A DNA stretch of 64,000 nucleotides from Candidatus Aminicenantes bacterium (GTDB lineage: Bacteria > Acidobacteriota > Aminicenantia > Aminicenantales > Saccharicenantaceae). The position numbers and the translations under genes are program-made. Where the stretch lies: NCBI GenBank assembly GCA_963796835.1, contig CAWCND010000011.1:6086-70085 (forward strand), given 5' to 3'. Within the stretch, counting starts at the first letter, position 1, and each line of letters begins with the position of its first letter. The notes beneath the pieces are model-generated. The model was not told the origin of the DNA. It worked only from the letters and a program-made list of their open reading frames with translations, and ran no database searches. Positions 42,705-52,744 of this stretch are shown here, piece by piece.

Positions 42705-43664
42705 ATGCACATACCGGACGGTTTCCTGGACACGAAGACGATCGTGGCCACGTCGGCACTCTCGCTCCTTGGGGTGGGGCGTGCCCTCAGCGTTCTCAAG
42801 ACGCGAATGTCTCCCCGGAAGGTGCCGTTGATGGGGTTGGCCGCGGCCTTTATATTTGTCGCCCAGATGATCAATTTTCCCGTGGCCGGGGGGACTTCGG
42901 GACATCTCCTGGGGGCCGTTCTCGTCGCCGTCCTGCTGGGCCCCAACGAGGCCATCCTGGTGATGTCGGTCGTCCTCGTCGTCCAATGCTTTCTGTTCGC
43001 CGACGGCGGAGTCCTCGCCCTGGGCGCGAACATTTTCAACATGGGCATCCTGGCCACGCTCGGAGGATACTACCTTTATCGGCTGGCCGCGCTGCCGATC
43101 AGGAGCGAGCGCGGGAGATTCGTGGCGGTGGCCTTCGCAGCCTGGTTTTCGACCGTCCTGGCCGCCGTCTGCTGCACCGGGGAATTGGCCTGGTCGGGGA
43201 CCGTTCAGTGGTCTATCGGTTTCCCGGCCATGACGGGGATCCATATTTTGATCGGCCTCGGCGAGGCGTTGATCACGGCGCTTGTCCTGGCCGCCATCTA
43301 CGCGACGAGGCCCGACCTGCTCTCGACCGGAGCGGCTTCGGAGGCCGGAGGAGAGGCCCGGCCGCTCAGAGGAGTGCTGATCTACGGTCCCTTGATCATC
43401 ATCGGCCTGGTCCTTTTCGTCCTCCCCTTCGCCTCCCGCTGGCCCGATGGCCTGGAAAGGGTCGCCTCGGCCGTCGGCTTCAATTCGAAAGTCCTGGCCC
43501 GGCCTCTGGTCCCGTCACCCCTGGCCGATTATCGTGTCCCGGGCGTCGGCTCGCTCTCCAGGGCCACAGCCATGGCCGGGGTCATCGGCGCGATCCTCGT
43601 CTTCGGGATCTCATTCGTCCTGGCCAAGATCGTGATATCCAAACCGAAGGACCGCATCTCCTAG
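42705..43664 (+). CDS. cbiM: Co/Ni ECF transporter substrate component CbiM/NikM fused to a PDGLE domain
   Basis: N-terminal MHIPDGF, GTSGHLLG, ADGG, PDGLE. Confidence 0.9.
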   Translation: MHIPDGFLDTKTIVATSALSLLGVGRALSVLKTRMSPRKVPLMGLAAAFIFVAQMINFPVAGGTSGHLLGAVLVAVLLGPNEAILVMSVVLVVQCFLFADGGVLALGANIFNMGILATLGGYYLYRLAALPIRSERGRFVAVAFAAWFSTVLAAVCCTGELAWSGTVQWSIGFPAMTGIHILIGLGEALITALVLAAIYATRPDLLSTGAASEAGGEARPLRGVLIYGPLIIIGLVLFVLPFASRWPDGLERVASAVGFNSKVLARPLVPSPLADYRVPGVGSLSRATAMAGVIGAILVFGISFVLAKIVISKPKDRIS

Positions 43665-43688
43665 GTTCCCCAGGGAGGCGAGCGCACC

Positions 43689-44300
43689 ATGCATCATGAT
43701 TTTCTAGACCGGTTCAGCAGGCTCGACAGCCCGGTCCACCGCCTGCCCGCGGCCCTGAAGATGGCGGCGGCGCTCTTTTTCATCTTGATCGTCGTCATCA
43801 GCCCGCTCCGAATCGTTTATCCTTTTCCCGTCGTAGCGCTTCTCCTGGTCCTCACGATCGCCCTGAGCAGAGTCCCGGCCGGTTTCTTTTTGAAGAGGCT
43901 TTTGGTCTTTGAGCCGTTCGTGGCCGTCGTCGCCGCGGCCTCGCTCCTGCAACCCGGGGGAGGCCTGACGTGCGCCTCCATCATCGTCAAGAGCACGCTC
44001 AGCCTGACGATCGTCCTCGTCTTGTCGAACACCACTCCGTTCACGGAGTTGCTGGGCGTTCTCCGCCGGATCCATGCCCCTCCCGCCTTCTTGACGTTGA
44101 TCGCCTTGATGTACCGGTACGTTTTCGTCCTGATCGACGAGATGCAGCGGATGAAGCGGGCCAGGCTCAGCCGGACGTTCGCGATGCGGCGAAGGAGGTC
44201 CTGGCGTTCCGTTTCCGCGATCCTCGGCCAGTTGTTCCTCCGCTCGACGGAACGGGCGGAACGGATATTCGCGGCCATGTCGGCCAGAGGGTGGAGGTGA
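43689..44300 (+). CDS. cbiQ: ECF transmembrane component CbiQ/NikQ
   Basis: SPVHRL, MYRY, ERAERIFAAMSARG. Confidence 0.9.
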   Translation: MHHDFLDRFSRLDSPVHRLPAALKMAAALFFILIVVISPLRIVYPFPVVALLLVLTIALSRVPAGFFLKRLLVFEPFVAVVAAASLLQPGGGLTCASIIVKSTLSLTIVLVLSNTTPFTELLGVLRRIHAPPAFLTLIALMYRYVFVLIDEMQRMKRARLSRTFAMRRRRSWRSVSAILGQLFLRSTERAERIFAAMSARGWR

Positions 44301-44302
44301 CG

Positions 44303-45061
44303 ATGACGGCCGTCGAGATCCAAGACCTTTGCTTCTCGTATCCGGACAACCGCAGGGCGCTCCACGATATCTCTCTGAAAGTGGAGGCCGGGGAAAGCGT
44401 CGGGCTCATCGGACCCAACGGGGCCGGCAAATCGACCCTGCTCATGCATCTGAACGGCATCCTGCCGGAAGCCCCCTCCGGGCCGCCCTCGGTGTTCATC
44501 AACGGGGTGCCGATCGCCAAGTCAAACCTGCAGCAGGTCCGGCGGGACGTGGGATTGCTGTTCCAGGACCCCGACGACCAGATCTTCTGCCCGACCGTCT
44601 ATGAAGACGTGGCCTTCGGTCCCAGACAATTCGGCCTCCCGGAGAAAGACGTGAAGGGCCTCGTCGAGGAGGCCCTGATAAAAGTCGGTCTCCAGGGTTC
44701 AGACTCGAGGTCCCCTCATCATCTCAGCGCCGGGGAGAAGCAGCGCGTTTGTCTGGCCGGGATCCTCGTCTGCCGGCCGAAGATCCTCGCTCTCGATGAG
44801 CCCACCCGGGGTCTCGACCCGAGGGGAAAACGCCAGCTCCTGGCCCTTCTTCAATCCATCCCGGCGACGAAGGTCATCGCGACCCACGACCTGGAGCTCG
44901 TCGTGGGGTTATGCCGGAGGGCCATCGTTCTGGATGAAGGCCGGGTCGTCGCCGACGGGCCGGCCATGGCCCTCCTTTCGGACGAAGAGCTGATGCTGGC
45001 CCACGGTCTGGAAAAACCCCATGTCCTGAAGCACGCCCATCCTCACGGGAATATCCCCTGA
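44303..45061 (+). CDS. cbiO: ECF ATPase CbiO/NikO
   Basis: GPNGAGKST, FQDPDDQIF, LDEPT, ATHD. Confidence 0.9.
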   Translation: MTAVEIQDLCFSYPDNRRALHDISLKVEAGESVGLIGPNGAGKSTLLMHLNGILPEAPSGPPSVFINGVPIAKSNLQQVRRDVGLLFQDPDDQIFCPTVYEDVAFGPRQFGLPEKDVKGLVEEALIKVGLQGSDSRSPHHLSAGEKQRVCLAGILVCRPKILALDEPTRGLDPRGKRQLLALLQSIPATKVIATHDLELVVGLCRRAIVLDEGRVVADGPAMALLSDEELMLAHGLEKPHVLKHAHPHGNIP

Positions 45062-45106
45062 GGCTCGGGGCGCCCGGAGATCCCCGCGGGGCGATCGAGG
45101 CGCGAT

Positions 45107-46672
45107 TCAGCCCGACGAACGCGTGTTCATAGGATTCAAAGCGGCGGGGGGTTTGCGAAATGTGAGGGCATAGAACCGCCCGTTCCGGAGGATCTCAAGG
45201 TGGATTTCCCTCATCTCTGGCGGTACGAGTTCGACCGGAGCCGTGACAGGTCCCTTGCGGTTCTTAAAAAATTTGCCCACACCAGGGCTTCGTTCATAGA
45301 TGCCTTTCACATGCTCTTCGGTCTCATCGGCAATCAGCATCCGGCTCCCCGGCTTTGCGACACGGATCATTTCCCGGATGGCTTTTGCTCTGTCATTAAA
45401 GAAATTGATGCCTCCCGCATGAAAGACAACATCAAAACTGTCATTGGCGAACGGCAGGTCCTCGGCATTTCCGAGAAAAAGATCGGCTTCCATGTCCCAG
45501 CGGCGCAGATTGGCTTGGCAATTCGTCAGCATTTCCGCCGAGAGATCGAGACCAAACAGCCTTGCGCCACGCGGAAGGTATCTGATGTTGAGGCCAGTGC
45601 CCACGGATGTTTCGAGCACTGAATCACCGGGATGGATTTCCAGGAAGCGCAGGTAGCTCCAGAGATATTCTTCTAGACTGACGCCCCGTAACGCGCACGC
45701 CACCCTTTGGATGTCATCATAGAAGCCGCCGATTATTTCATACAGCCGGTTGTATTTGTGATTGGAGCCGGTGAGCTTTTCCGGCTCTGCAAAGACGGGA
45801 ATCCCGTTGCGAACGGGAAACCGTTCGCCTGACGGACTGACCAAAGCCTCCTGACCGTCTTCGCTGACAACGCGCAGAGGATCTCCGGTGTCCGGACTTC
45901 GCAAGAGGGCGACGGTCCCTGCTTTATTTGCCCAAACCTCGCGCCGCGGGCCAGGCTGAACGAGACTCCACGCGCCTAAAACCAAGCCTCCCCCGAAACA
46001 GATCCATGCAAAAAGTGGACTCGTTACCAGGACATGAGATTCGGCGGGATGCGTCTGCAGGAAGAAGCCATATCCCAAGACAAGGAGGCATGCGGCGCCG
46101 AAAATGCTTGCGCCCGCAGCAATCCTCTTAGCCCGGAACTCCTGGTTCCACATCCAAAGGACGACCGCCGCGAACCAATAGATGAGAAACGAGATCGCCC
46201 CTGTTCCCAGGATCGCGGCGATGCGCGGCAAAGGGGAGATTGCGGACTGCGTCTGAGCAAGAGTGGCGAGATGGGATATGCCGGCCGGCAGGAACGTATG
46301 CCCCAGGGTCTGGAAAACAACGCCCCACACCGGCAAGGAAAGGGTCGACAAAAAGCCTGGCCGACGCTGACTCGTGAGCCGATAGAGAAGGAAGGGCAGA
46401 GCGCTGATGAGGACAGCCAACATCGTCCAACCGACATACTCAATGGCAATCAGCCGCGACCCGCGCCAATTCGAAAGCAAGTCCAAAATGAACTTGATGC
46501 CTGCAAGCAAGAGGAATCCGCGCCACGCTTTCTGCGTGCCTATGAACCATGCGCCCAAGACTGCGCCGGTCCACACCCCCAGGGGGGAGGACACGAAGCC
46601 GAGGACAAAGACGCCGATGATCGTAACGGCCGCGACTTGTAACAAACGACGAGGAGATGTTTTCGTTGGCAT
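45107..46672 (-). CDS. Fusion: multi-TM domain + Trm112-like segment + class I SAM methyltransferase
   Basis: About 8 TM helices; LRSP...FPVRNGIP; LETSVGTG, GLDLS, GNAEDLPF, EMIRVAKPG. Confidence 0.75.
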   Translation of the reverse strand: MPTKTSPRRLLQVAAVTIIGVFVLGFVSSPLGVWTGAVLGAWFIGTQKAWRGFLLLAGIKFILDLLSNWRGSRLIAIEYVGWTMLAVLISALPFLLYRLTSQRRPGFLSTLSLPVWGVVFQTLGHTFLPAGISHLATLAQTQSAISPLPRIAAILGTGAISFLIYWFAAVVLWMWNQEFRAKRIAAGASIFGAACLLVLGYGFFLQTHPAESHVLVTSPLFAWICFGGGLVLGAWSLVQPGPRREVWANKAGTVALLRSPDTGDPLRVVSEDGQEALVSPSGERFPVRNGIPVFAEPEKLTGSNHKYNRLYEIIGGFYDDIQRVACALRGVSLEEYLWSYLRFLEIHPGDSVLETSVGTGLNIRYLPRGARLFGLDLSAEMLTNCQANLRRWDMEADLFLGNAEDLPFANDSFDVVFHAGGINFFNDRAKAIREMIRVAKPGSRMLIADETEEHVKGIYERSPGVGKFFKNRKGPVTAPVELVPPEMREIHLEILRNGRFYALTFRKPPAALNPMNTRSSG

Positions 46673-46689
46673 GTTGAGGTTGAAGTTAG

Positions 46690-47064
46690 TTATGCATCAA
46701 TTTCTTTTTTATTGACCTCTTTCACTCTATATCGGACGATCCTTTTCACCAAATCCATAGGAAGAGGCTGATCCAACGGAAATCTGATCGTCCCCCTCGC
46801 TGTTTCAAATGGCGCGAGCTCCCCTTTGAACGCTCTGATGGCAGAGGACGTCGGATAGAACCCGATGTGATTTTTATAAGCCGCGAAATGAACCAAATTC
46901 CCATGTAATTGAAAAGTGGGGATCCGGTACTTTATAGTTTCTCCCCCTTCAGGGGCCGTCAGTCTGATGGCTTTCCTTATCTTTTTCAACAAGATCCGGA
47001 CATCTTTCGGAAACGACGCGATATACTCATCGATGGTTTCAAATTGTTTTCTTTTCTTCATCAT
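46690..47064 (-). CDS. DUF1801 (YdhG-like) protein
   Basis: TIDEYI, IPTF, HFAAYKNHIGFYP, GTIRFP. Confidence 0.85.
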   Translation of the reverse strand: MMKKRKQFETIDEYIASFPKDVRILLKKIRKAIRLTAPEGGETIKYRIPTFQLHGNLVHFAAYKNHIGFYPTSSAIRAFKGELAPFETARGTIRFPLDQPLPMDLVKRIVRYRVKEVNKKEIDA

Positions 47065-47145
47065 AGAGGCATCCTCTTGAGCGCCACGCCCGGCGGGATC
47101 CCACGGACGCGAGGTTGTGGAGGAATAGTGGATCCCCCAGCCCGT

Positions 47146-47544
47146 TCAAAACGCGATCTCCCCCACTTTCGTGGAGATCCACCACGTCGTCCCGCCAACA
47201 TCTTTCACGGCGCCTCGCCTGTTCTCATCACCTTTCTTCATCGGCTCTTGAACCGATGTCGCGCCCGCCTTGAGTGCTCGCGTGTATGTCTCGTCCACAT
47301 CTCTGACATAAACATGCACGTGGGAAGGAATGGGCGGCCAACCCTTCGCGCCATCCGTCAGCATGATGACGGTATCGTCGATGCGCACCTCGGCATGCAT
47401 GAGCTTCCCGCGAGAGTCGGCCAATTCACGCAGGCTGACCGCTCCAAAGACATTCCCAAGGAACTCGATCGTGCGGGCCGCTCCATCCACAATCAAGTAG
47501 GGCGAGACGGTAGAGTAACCCTCAGGTTTATATGGTGTTTTCAT
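47146..47544 (-). CDS. VOC/glyoxalase (PhnB-like) protein
   Basis: PEGYSTVSPYL, MHAEVRIDD, YVRDVD, VKDVGGTTWWI. Confidence 0.9.
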   Translation of the reverse strand: MKTPYKPEGYSTVSPYLIVDGAARTIEFLGNVFGAVSLRELADSRGKLMHAEVRIDDTVIMLTDGAKGWPPIPSHVHVYVRDVDETYTRALKAGATSVQEPMKKGDENRRGAVKDVGGTTWWISTKVGEIAF

Positions 47545-47709
47545 TCTCGCTCCCTTACTTCTAAGATTATCGAATGATCGCTTCAGGCTCAGGATCGGCC
47601 CTTCCCATCAGGGGCTCATGATATTCGCGGCCATGGGAGGGCGTCAATAGCTTAGATTCCGTCTGCCCCCCGAAGCCGCGCGGGAGAAAGGGGGGAGATT
47701 TGTAGGTCA

Positions 47710-47739
47710 TTGACAAATCCCCGCGGCTGAAAATATCAT
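47710..47739 (+). promoter_or_regulatory. Putative sigma70 promoter
   Basis: TTGACA-N18-TATCAT upstream of the three-gene operon. Confidence 0.45.
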
Positions 47740-47792
47740 GGTGCTGCGATGGGAAAGTTCCTCCCTCAACCCGAGGCCGGCGGTTCCAGGTC

Positions 47793-49508
47793 GTGTCGAA
47801 AAGGCCGGTTCCCATCCTTAAAAGCTGCCCACCCTGCCCTAAAAAAGAGGCGGCTCGGACTCCACCCCCGGCAAGAGTGAGACCTGCGGTGCCAAGACCC
47901 AGGCCCCTGCCGATCAACCGTATCGAGGAATTTTGGCTGGGACTGCGCTTTGTGACCGGAGTCTTTCCTTTCCTCCGCCGTCCCCTGTCGGACCAGATAG
48001 CGATCCACGACGTTAAGGAACGCCTGAATAATCGTGAGAGGCTGTTCCTCCAAGGCCTGAGGGATCGCGTCTATTCAAACCCCGGCCATCCTTACCATAA
48101 ATTGCTCAAACACGCGGGTTGTGAGGAGGGCGATCTTCAGAATCTCGTCCGGACTCAAGGGCTGGAAGGGGCGCTCCACCGGCTTCATCGAAATGGAGTC
48201 TATCTCACGGTTGATGAATTCAAGGGGCGTGCTGCGGTTGTCAGGAAGAACTTGTCGTTCTTTGCCCATCCCTCTCATTTCCGGAAGGAGGTCATGCTCG
48301 CCCGCTTGGGAATCCAGACCAGCAGCGGCGGGGCGGACGAGGGCCTGATCCCCGTGGATTTCGACTACATCCGAAGCCGAACGGCCAATCTCCGGCTGGA
48401 CCTAGAGGCGCGGGGCGGACGGGGTTGGCAGCATGCGGTCTGGGGAATCCCGGGCGGTTCGGCGTTGGTCCACCTGTTGGAATACAGCGGGGCGGGTGCG
48501 CATCCGGTCCGTTGGTTCTCGCATGTGGACCCCCGCGGTCCCGGATTGGCTCCCCGCTACCGCTGGAGCGCGCGGGCGCTTCGCCTGACCAGCCTCCTGG
48601 CCGGCCGGCCGCTGCCCCGGCTCCAATCCGCCACGGTGGAAGATCCTTCGCCGGTTCTGAGCTGGATCGCGGATGTCCTGCGGAAGGGAGGAACGCCGCA
48701 TCTGCTGACTTATACCAGTCCAGCGGTCAGGCTTTGTCAGGAAGCTGTCCGGTCAGGCCTCGACTTGAGTGGATTGCAGCTGACCTTGACGGGAGAACCC
48801 ATCACGGCGTTGCGCCTTGATCTGATTCGCCGCACCGGGGCCTGCGCGTTTCCCCGATACGGCAGCACGGAATCCGGGTCCATCGGGTACGGCTGCCTCC
48901 GGCCAGAAGCGCCTGACGAGGTTCATTTCCTGAGTGATCGGTTGGCCTTGATTCAAGTCGAAGAGGGAAGCCCAGGTCCGGCGGGGAGCTTGCTGGTGAC
49001 GACGCTTCTACCCGTTTCCCCGTTCTTGTTGCTGAATGTCTCCCTGGGGGACGGGGCCGTTATGACAGAACGACATTGCGGATGCCCTCTGCAAGAATAT
49101 GGATGGACCGTCCATCTCCAGCATATTCGCAGCTTTGAAAAGCTCACCGTGGGGGGGATGACCTTTTTGCACACAGACATCGCACGGATCATGGATGATC
49201 TGCTCCCCCGCCAGTTCGGCGGTGAGCCGACCCACTATCAGCTGGTGGAAGATGAGGGCCCGGATAGCCGGCCCCGTCTGCGCCTTCTCATCCATCCCCA
49301 GGTGGGAGAAATCGACCCTCAGGCCGTGGCGAAGGCTTTCCTCCAAGCCATCAGCCAGGGTCATGGGGTCGAACGCGTGATGGGAACCGTTTGGCGTCAA
49401 GCCAAGGTCGTGGAGGTCGAGCGGAGAGCCCCCATGACGACGGCCTCGGGTAAGATCAGCCATGTTCTCAACGTCGACGCCGTCAAAAGGACAAGATCGA
49501 ATGCATGA
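47793..49508 (+). CDS. Divergent PaaK/CapK-like adenylate-forming (ANL) protein; start uncertain
   Basis: TSSGG, LTGE, YGSTE, LGD, CGC and a C-terminal SGK. Confidence 0.65.
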   Translation: MSKRPVPILKSCPPCPKKEAARTPPPARVRPAVPRPRPLPINRIEEFWLGLRFVTGVFPFLRRPLSDQIAIHDVKERLNNRERLFLQGLRDRVYSNPGHPYHKLLKHAGCEEGDLQNLVRTQGLEGALHRLHRNGVYLTVDEFKGRAAVVRKNLSFFAHPSHFRKEVMLARLGIQTSSGGADEGLIPVDFDYIRSRTANLRLDLEARGGRGWQHAVWGIPGGSALVHLLEYSGAGAHPVRWFSHVDPRGPGLAPRYRWSARALRLTSLLAGRPLPRLQSATVEDPSPVLSWIADVLRKGGTPHLLTYTSPAVRLCQEAVRSGLDLSGLQLTLTGEPITALRLDLIRRTGACAFPRYGSTESGSIGYGCLRPEAPDEVHFLSDRLALIQVEEGSPGPAGSLLVTTLLPVSPFLLLNVSLGDGAVMTERHCGCPLQEYGWTVHLQHIRSFEKLTVGGMTFLHTDIARIMDDLLPRQFGGEPTHYQLVEDEGPDSRPRLRLLIHPQVGEIDPQAVAKAFLQAISQGHGVERVMGTVWRQAKVVEVERRAPMTTASGKISHVLNVDAVKRTRSNA

Positions 49509-50631
49509 TTTCAAGTCGTTCGTTCATGCCGCCATCGGATGGAATAGCCCCGCCCATTCCGGGGATTACTTGATCGGGGTGGTGAAAGGGGAAGGGATCG
49601 GACCGGAGATCATCGAATGCACGATGCGGGTCCTGGAGGCCGCCGCCTCGGATACGCCCCATCGGATCCGCACCTGCGCGGGAGGCGCCATCGGGAAAGA
49701 GGCCCTCCGGGAGAGCGGCAGCTTATTGACGGAGGAGACGAAAGAGTTTTTTGCGGGGGTCTTTCAACAAGGTGGAGCCGTTCTTTGCGGACCGGCGGGC
49801 GGCCGATTCGTCTATGAACTCCGTTCCCATTTCGATCTGTTTTGCAAGATCGTCCCCATCCGCCCCCTGATCCAGAGCGCTGACATGGGTGTGCTCAAGA
49901 GAGCAGCCTTGCAAGACGTGGATCTTATGGTCGTCCGCGAAAATGTCGGAGGGGTCTACATGGGGCGGTGGTGGGAAGAGCGGCAGGGGGATGAAGTCGT
50001 GGCCTCGCACGCGTTCGAGTATCGATCGAGCCAGGTGGAGAGGATCCTCCGCACCGCGGTGAGGCTGGCCCAGGGGCGGCGAGGCAAACTGACCCTGGTC
50101 CTAAAAACCGGAGGGATGCCGACGATCAGCCGGCTCTGGATGAACAGTCTCGAGGAGATCGGCGGCAGGGCAGGAATCCAGACCGAGCTCCTCGAAGCGG
50201 ATAATGCCGCTTTTCAACTGATCAACGCAGCCCGGAATTTTGATGTCGTGGTCACCTCCAACCTGCTGGGGGATATCCTGGGGGATCTCAGCGCACTGCT
50301 CCTGGGTTCCCGCGGCATGAGCTTCTCCGGAAACTTCGGACCCGACTGCCGGGCCGTGTACCAGACCGCACACGGGGCTGCCTACGACCTGGTGGGATTG
50401 GATGAGGCAAATCCCGTGGGGCAGATCCTCTCCCTGGTCATGCTGCTCCGATTCCATTTCGGATTGAGCGACCTGGCTGACCGCATAGAAGCGGCTGTGA
50501 CACGAGTTCTGCAAGCCGGCTGGAGGACGGCGGACATCTCCTCGCCGGGGTGCAAGCGCGTGGGGACCCGGGAATTGGCTGAGCGGATTGCGGATACCGT
50601 ACACTCGTTGGACAGGGAGGCGGTTTCATGA
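49501..50631 (+). CDS. Isocitrate/isopropylmalate dehydrogenase family protein
   Basis: GEGIGPEI, VRENVGGVY, NLLGDILGD, HGAAYD..G...ANP. Confidence 0.85.
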   Translation: MHDFKSFVHAAIGWNSPAHSGDYLIGVVKGEGIGPEIIECTMRVLEAAASDTPHRIRTCAGGAIGKEALRESGSLLTEETKEFFAGVFQQGGAVLCGPAGGRFVYELRSHFDLFCKIVPIRPLIQSADMGVLKRAALQDVDLMVVRENVGGVYMGRWWEERQGDEVVASHAFEYRSSQVERILRTAVRLAQGRRGKLTLVLKTGGMPTISRLWMNSLEEIGGRAGIQTELLEADNAAFQLINAARNFDVVVTSNLLGDILGDLSALLLGSRGMSFSGNFGPDCRAVYQTAHGAAYDLVGLDEANPVGQILSLVMLLRFHFGLSDLADRIEAAVTRVLQAGWRTADISSPGCKRVGTRELAERIADTVHSLDREAVS

Positions 50632-52637
50632 CACGGGCTCTGCTTCTGGTGGACATTCAGAATGATTTTCTGGAACGGGCCGGAGTAACTCCATCGGCGG
50701 AAGCCTTCGTCCGCCGGGCTCAAAGGTTGCTGAGGCCATGGAGGAAACTCGGCCTGCCGGTGATCCATGTCCAGACCCTGGTCCGGCCGGACGGACGGGA
50801 CCGGATGCCTCATTGGATAAAAAAGGGGATCTGGTGCTGCGTCGAGGGGACTCCTGGCAGCCGCCCGCCGCAGGGGCTGGAACCTCTCCCCTCTGAAAGG
50901 GTCTTCCGCAAGCACTTCTACAGCGCCTTTGAAGGGGAAGACCTCGAACTTCACTTAAAGGACCTGGGCGTGGATCACCTCGTTGTCGCCGGGCTGTACC
51001 TGCACAGCTGTGTCCGGTCCACCGTGTTGGATGCCTATGCCAGAGGCTACACCGTTTGGATTGCCAAGGAGGCCGTGGCATCGGTCGACCGTGTTCACGA
51101 CAAAGTCAGCCGCAAATTCCTGGCCCAAGGAGCCGCCCTTTTTCTCTCCTCCGCAGAGATCCTGCACAGGTGCATGAAGCGGAGGGAGGCTTCCGTTCCG
51201 GCCGGGCCGGGCGTCTTGCCGGGGGCGGTTTGCGGGGGGAAGTGGGTCATGGCCCCCACCCAGGGGATTTGGGACCAACGCGACCCTTCGGATTGGGACA
51301 AGGTGGCGGCTCGTGTGGCTATCGCCGGGGCGTCCATAGTCAAGGACGCCATCGCAGCGGCACGCGAGGCCCAATCGGATTGGGCGGGATTGCCCGGGAC
51401 GCGCCGGGCTCGGGCGGTCGAAGGCTGGGCGGACGTGCTGGCCTCGGAAGAGAATGAGATGGCCAAGACGATGGCCGGAGAAATCGGAAAGCCAATCCTG
51501 ATGGCCCGGGATGAGGTGAGATTCGCCGTCCGCTTGCTTCGGGCGGCCGCAACTCTGGGCAAAGGCCGGGCCGGGCGAAGGACCCCGGCAGCCCGGTTAT
51601 ATAGCCGCCGTTCCCCCCGCGGCCTGGTGGGTCTGGTCACCCCTTGGAACAATCCCGTGGCTATTCCGGTGGGGAAGATCGGGCCGGCGTTATTCCATGG
51701 GAACGCCGTGATCTGGAAATCAGCCCTGCAGGCTCCCCGAACGACGCTGCTGCTCTGCCAGACCCTCTCGCGGGCGGGATTCCCCGCAGGCCTGGTGAAT
51801 CTGTTATTTGGCGGTCCGTCTTTAGTCCGAGACCTGATTTCACGTGAGGAAATCCCTTTTATCTCCTTCACCGGATCGATCTCGGCCGGCCGGGAAGTTG
51901 CGGCGCTCTGCGGACTTCACGGAAAGACGCTGCAGGCTGAACTGGGGGGGAATAATGCGGCCATCGTTCTGCCTGATGCGGATATCTCGACGGCGGCCAG
52001 GGAACTGGCCTATTCGGCTTTCGCCTATGCCGGTCAACGCTGCACGGCCACCCGGCGGTTTATTGTCCACCAGAAGAGGGCCCAGGAGTTTAAGGACGCG
52101 CTCATAGCGGCCATTGCGGCTCTCGTCCTCGGGCATCCGATGGCGGAAAAAACGGTGGTCGGTCCGGTCATCTCCCGGGAGAAACAGGCCTCCCTGGCCG
52201 CTCTCGTACACGAAAGCCTGGATCAAGGCGGCCGGCTCCTTGCGGGCGGGAGAATTCCGGGAGGATGGGAGGCCGGTTGCTGGTTCGAACCCACGTTGAT
52301 CGAGGTCTTTTCTCCGCATCAACGGGTGGTGCAGGAGGAGACGTTCGGTCCCCTGGCCCTATGGCAAGAGGCGAGCACTCTTGACGAAGCCCTTCAAATT
52401 TTGAATGGGGTCGAACAGGGACTCGCGGCCAGTCTCTATTCGCGGGACCCCAGGGCTTGGAGCTTATTCCAGAAACAAGCTGAATGCGGCGTCCTCAAGC
52501 TGAATCAGGCCACGGCAGGTGTCGACTCCTCCCTTCCCTTTGGCGGGTGGAAATCCTCGGGCATCGGCCCTCCAGAGCATGGGCCGGGTGATGTCGAGAG
52601 TTACACCCGTTGGCAAGCCGTCTATGCTGACCGCTGA
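50628..52637 (+). CDS. Isochorismatase-family hydrolase fused to aldehyde dehydrogenase
   Basis: VDIQNDF, KHFYSAF, HSCV; then PWNNP, FTGS, ELGGN, GQRC, EETFGP, PFGGWKSSG. Confidence 0.9.
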   Translation: MTRALLLVDIQNDFLERAGVTPSAEAFVRRAQRLLRPWRKLGLPVIHVQTLVRPDGRDRMPHWIKKGIWCCVEGTPGSRPPQGLEPLPSERVFRKHFYSAFEGEDLELHLKDLGVDHLVVAGLYLHSCVRSTVLDAYARGYTVWIAKEAVASVDRVHDKVSRKFLAQGAALFLSSAEILHRCMKRREASVPAGPGVLPGAVCGGKWVMAPTQGIWDQRDPSDWDKVAARVAIAGASIVKDAIAAAREAQSDWAGLPGTRRARAVEGWADVLASEENEMAKTMAGEIGKPILMARDEVRFAVRLLRAAATLGKGRAGRRTPAARLYSRRSPRGLVGLVTPWNNPVAIPVGKIGPALFHGNAVIWKSALQAPRTTLLLCQTLSRAGFPAGLVNLLFGGPSLVRDLISREEIPFISFTGSISAGREVAALCGLHGKTLQAELGGNNAAIVLPDADISTAARELAYSAFAYAGQRCTATRRFIVHQKRAQEFKDALIAAIAALVLGHPMAEKTVVGPVISREKQASLAALVHESLDQGGRLLAGGRIPGGWEAGCWFEPTLIEVFSPHQRVVQEETFGPLALWQEASTLDEALQILNGVEQGLAASLYSRDPRAWSLFQKQAECGVLKLNQATAGVDSSLPFGGWKSSGIGPPEHGPGDVESYTRWQAVYADR

Positions 52638-52744
52638 ACGTCCAGCTCCCGGGAGATCGTCACGGCCGGGGGGAGCGGCGGCCATGGTTCACATCATCCG
52701 TCACTTGGGTTAGACGTGCGCGGCCGAGGTCTGTCGGTCAGCTC

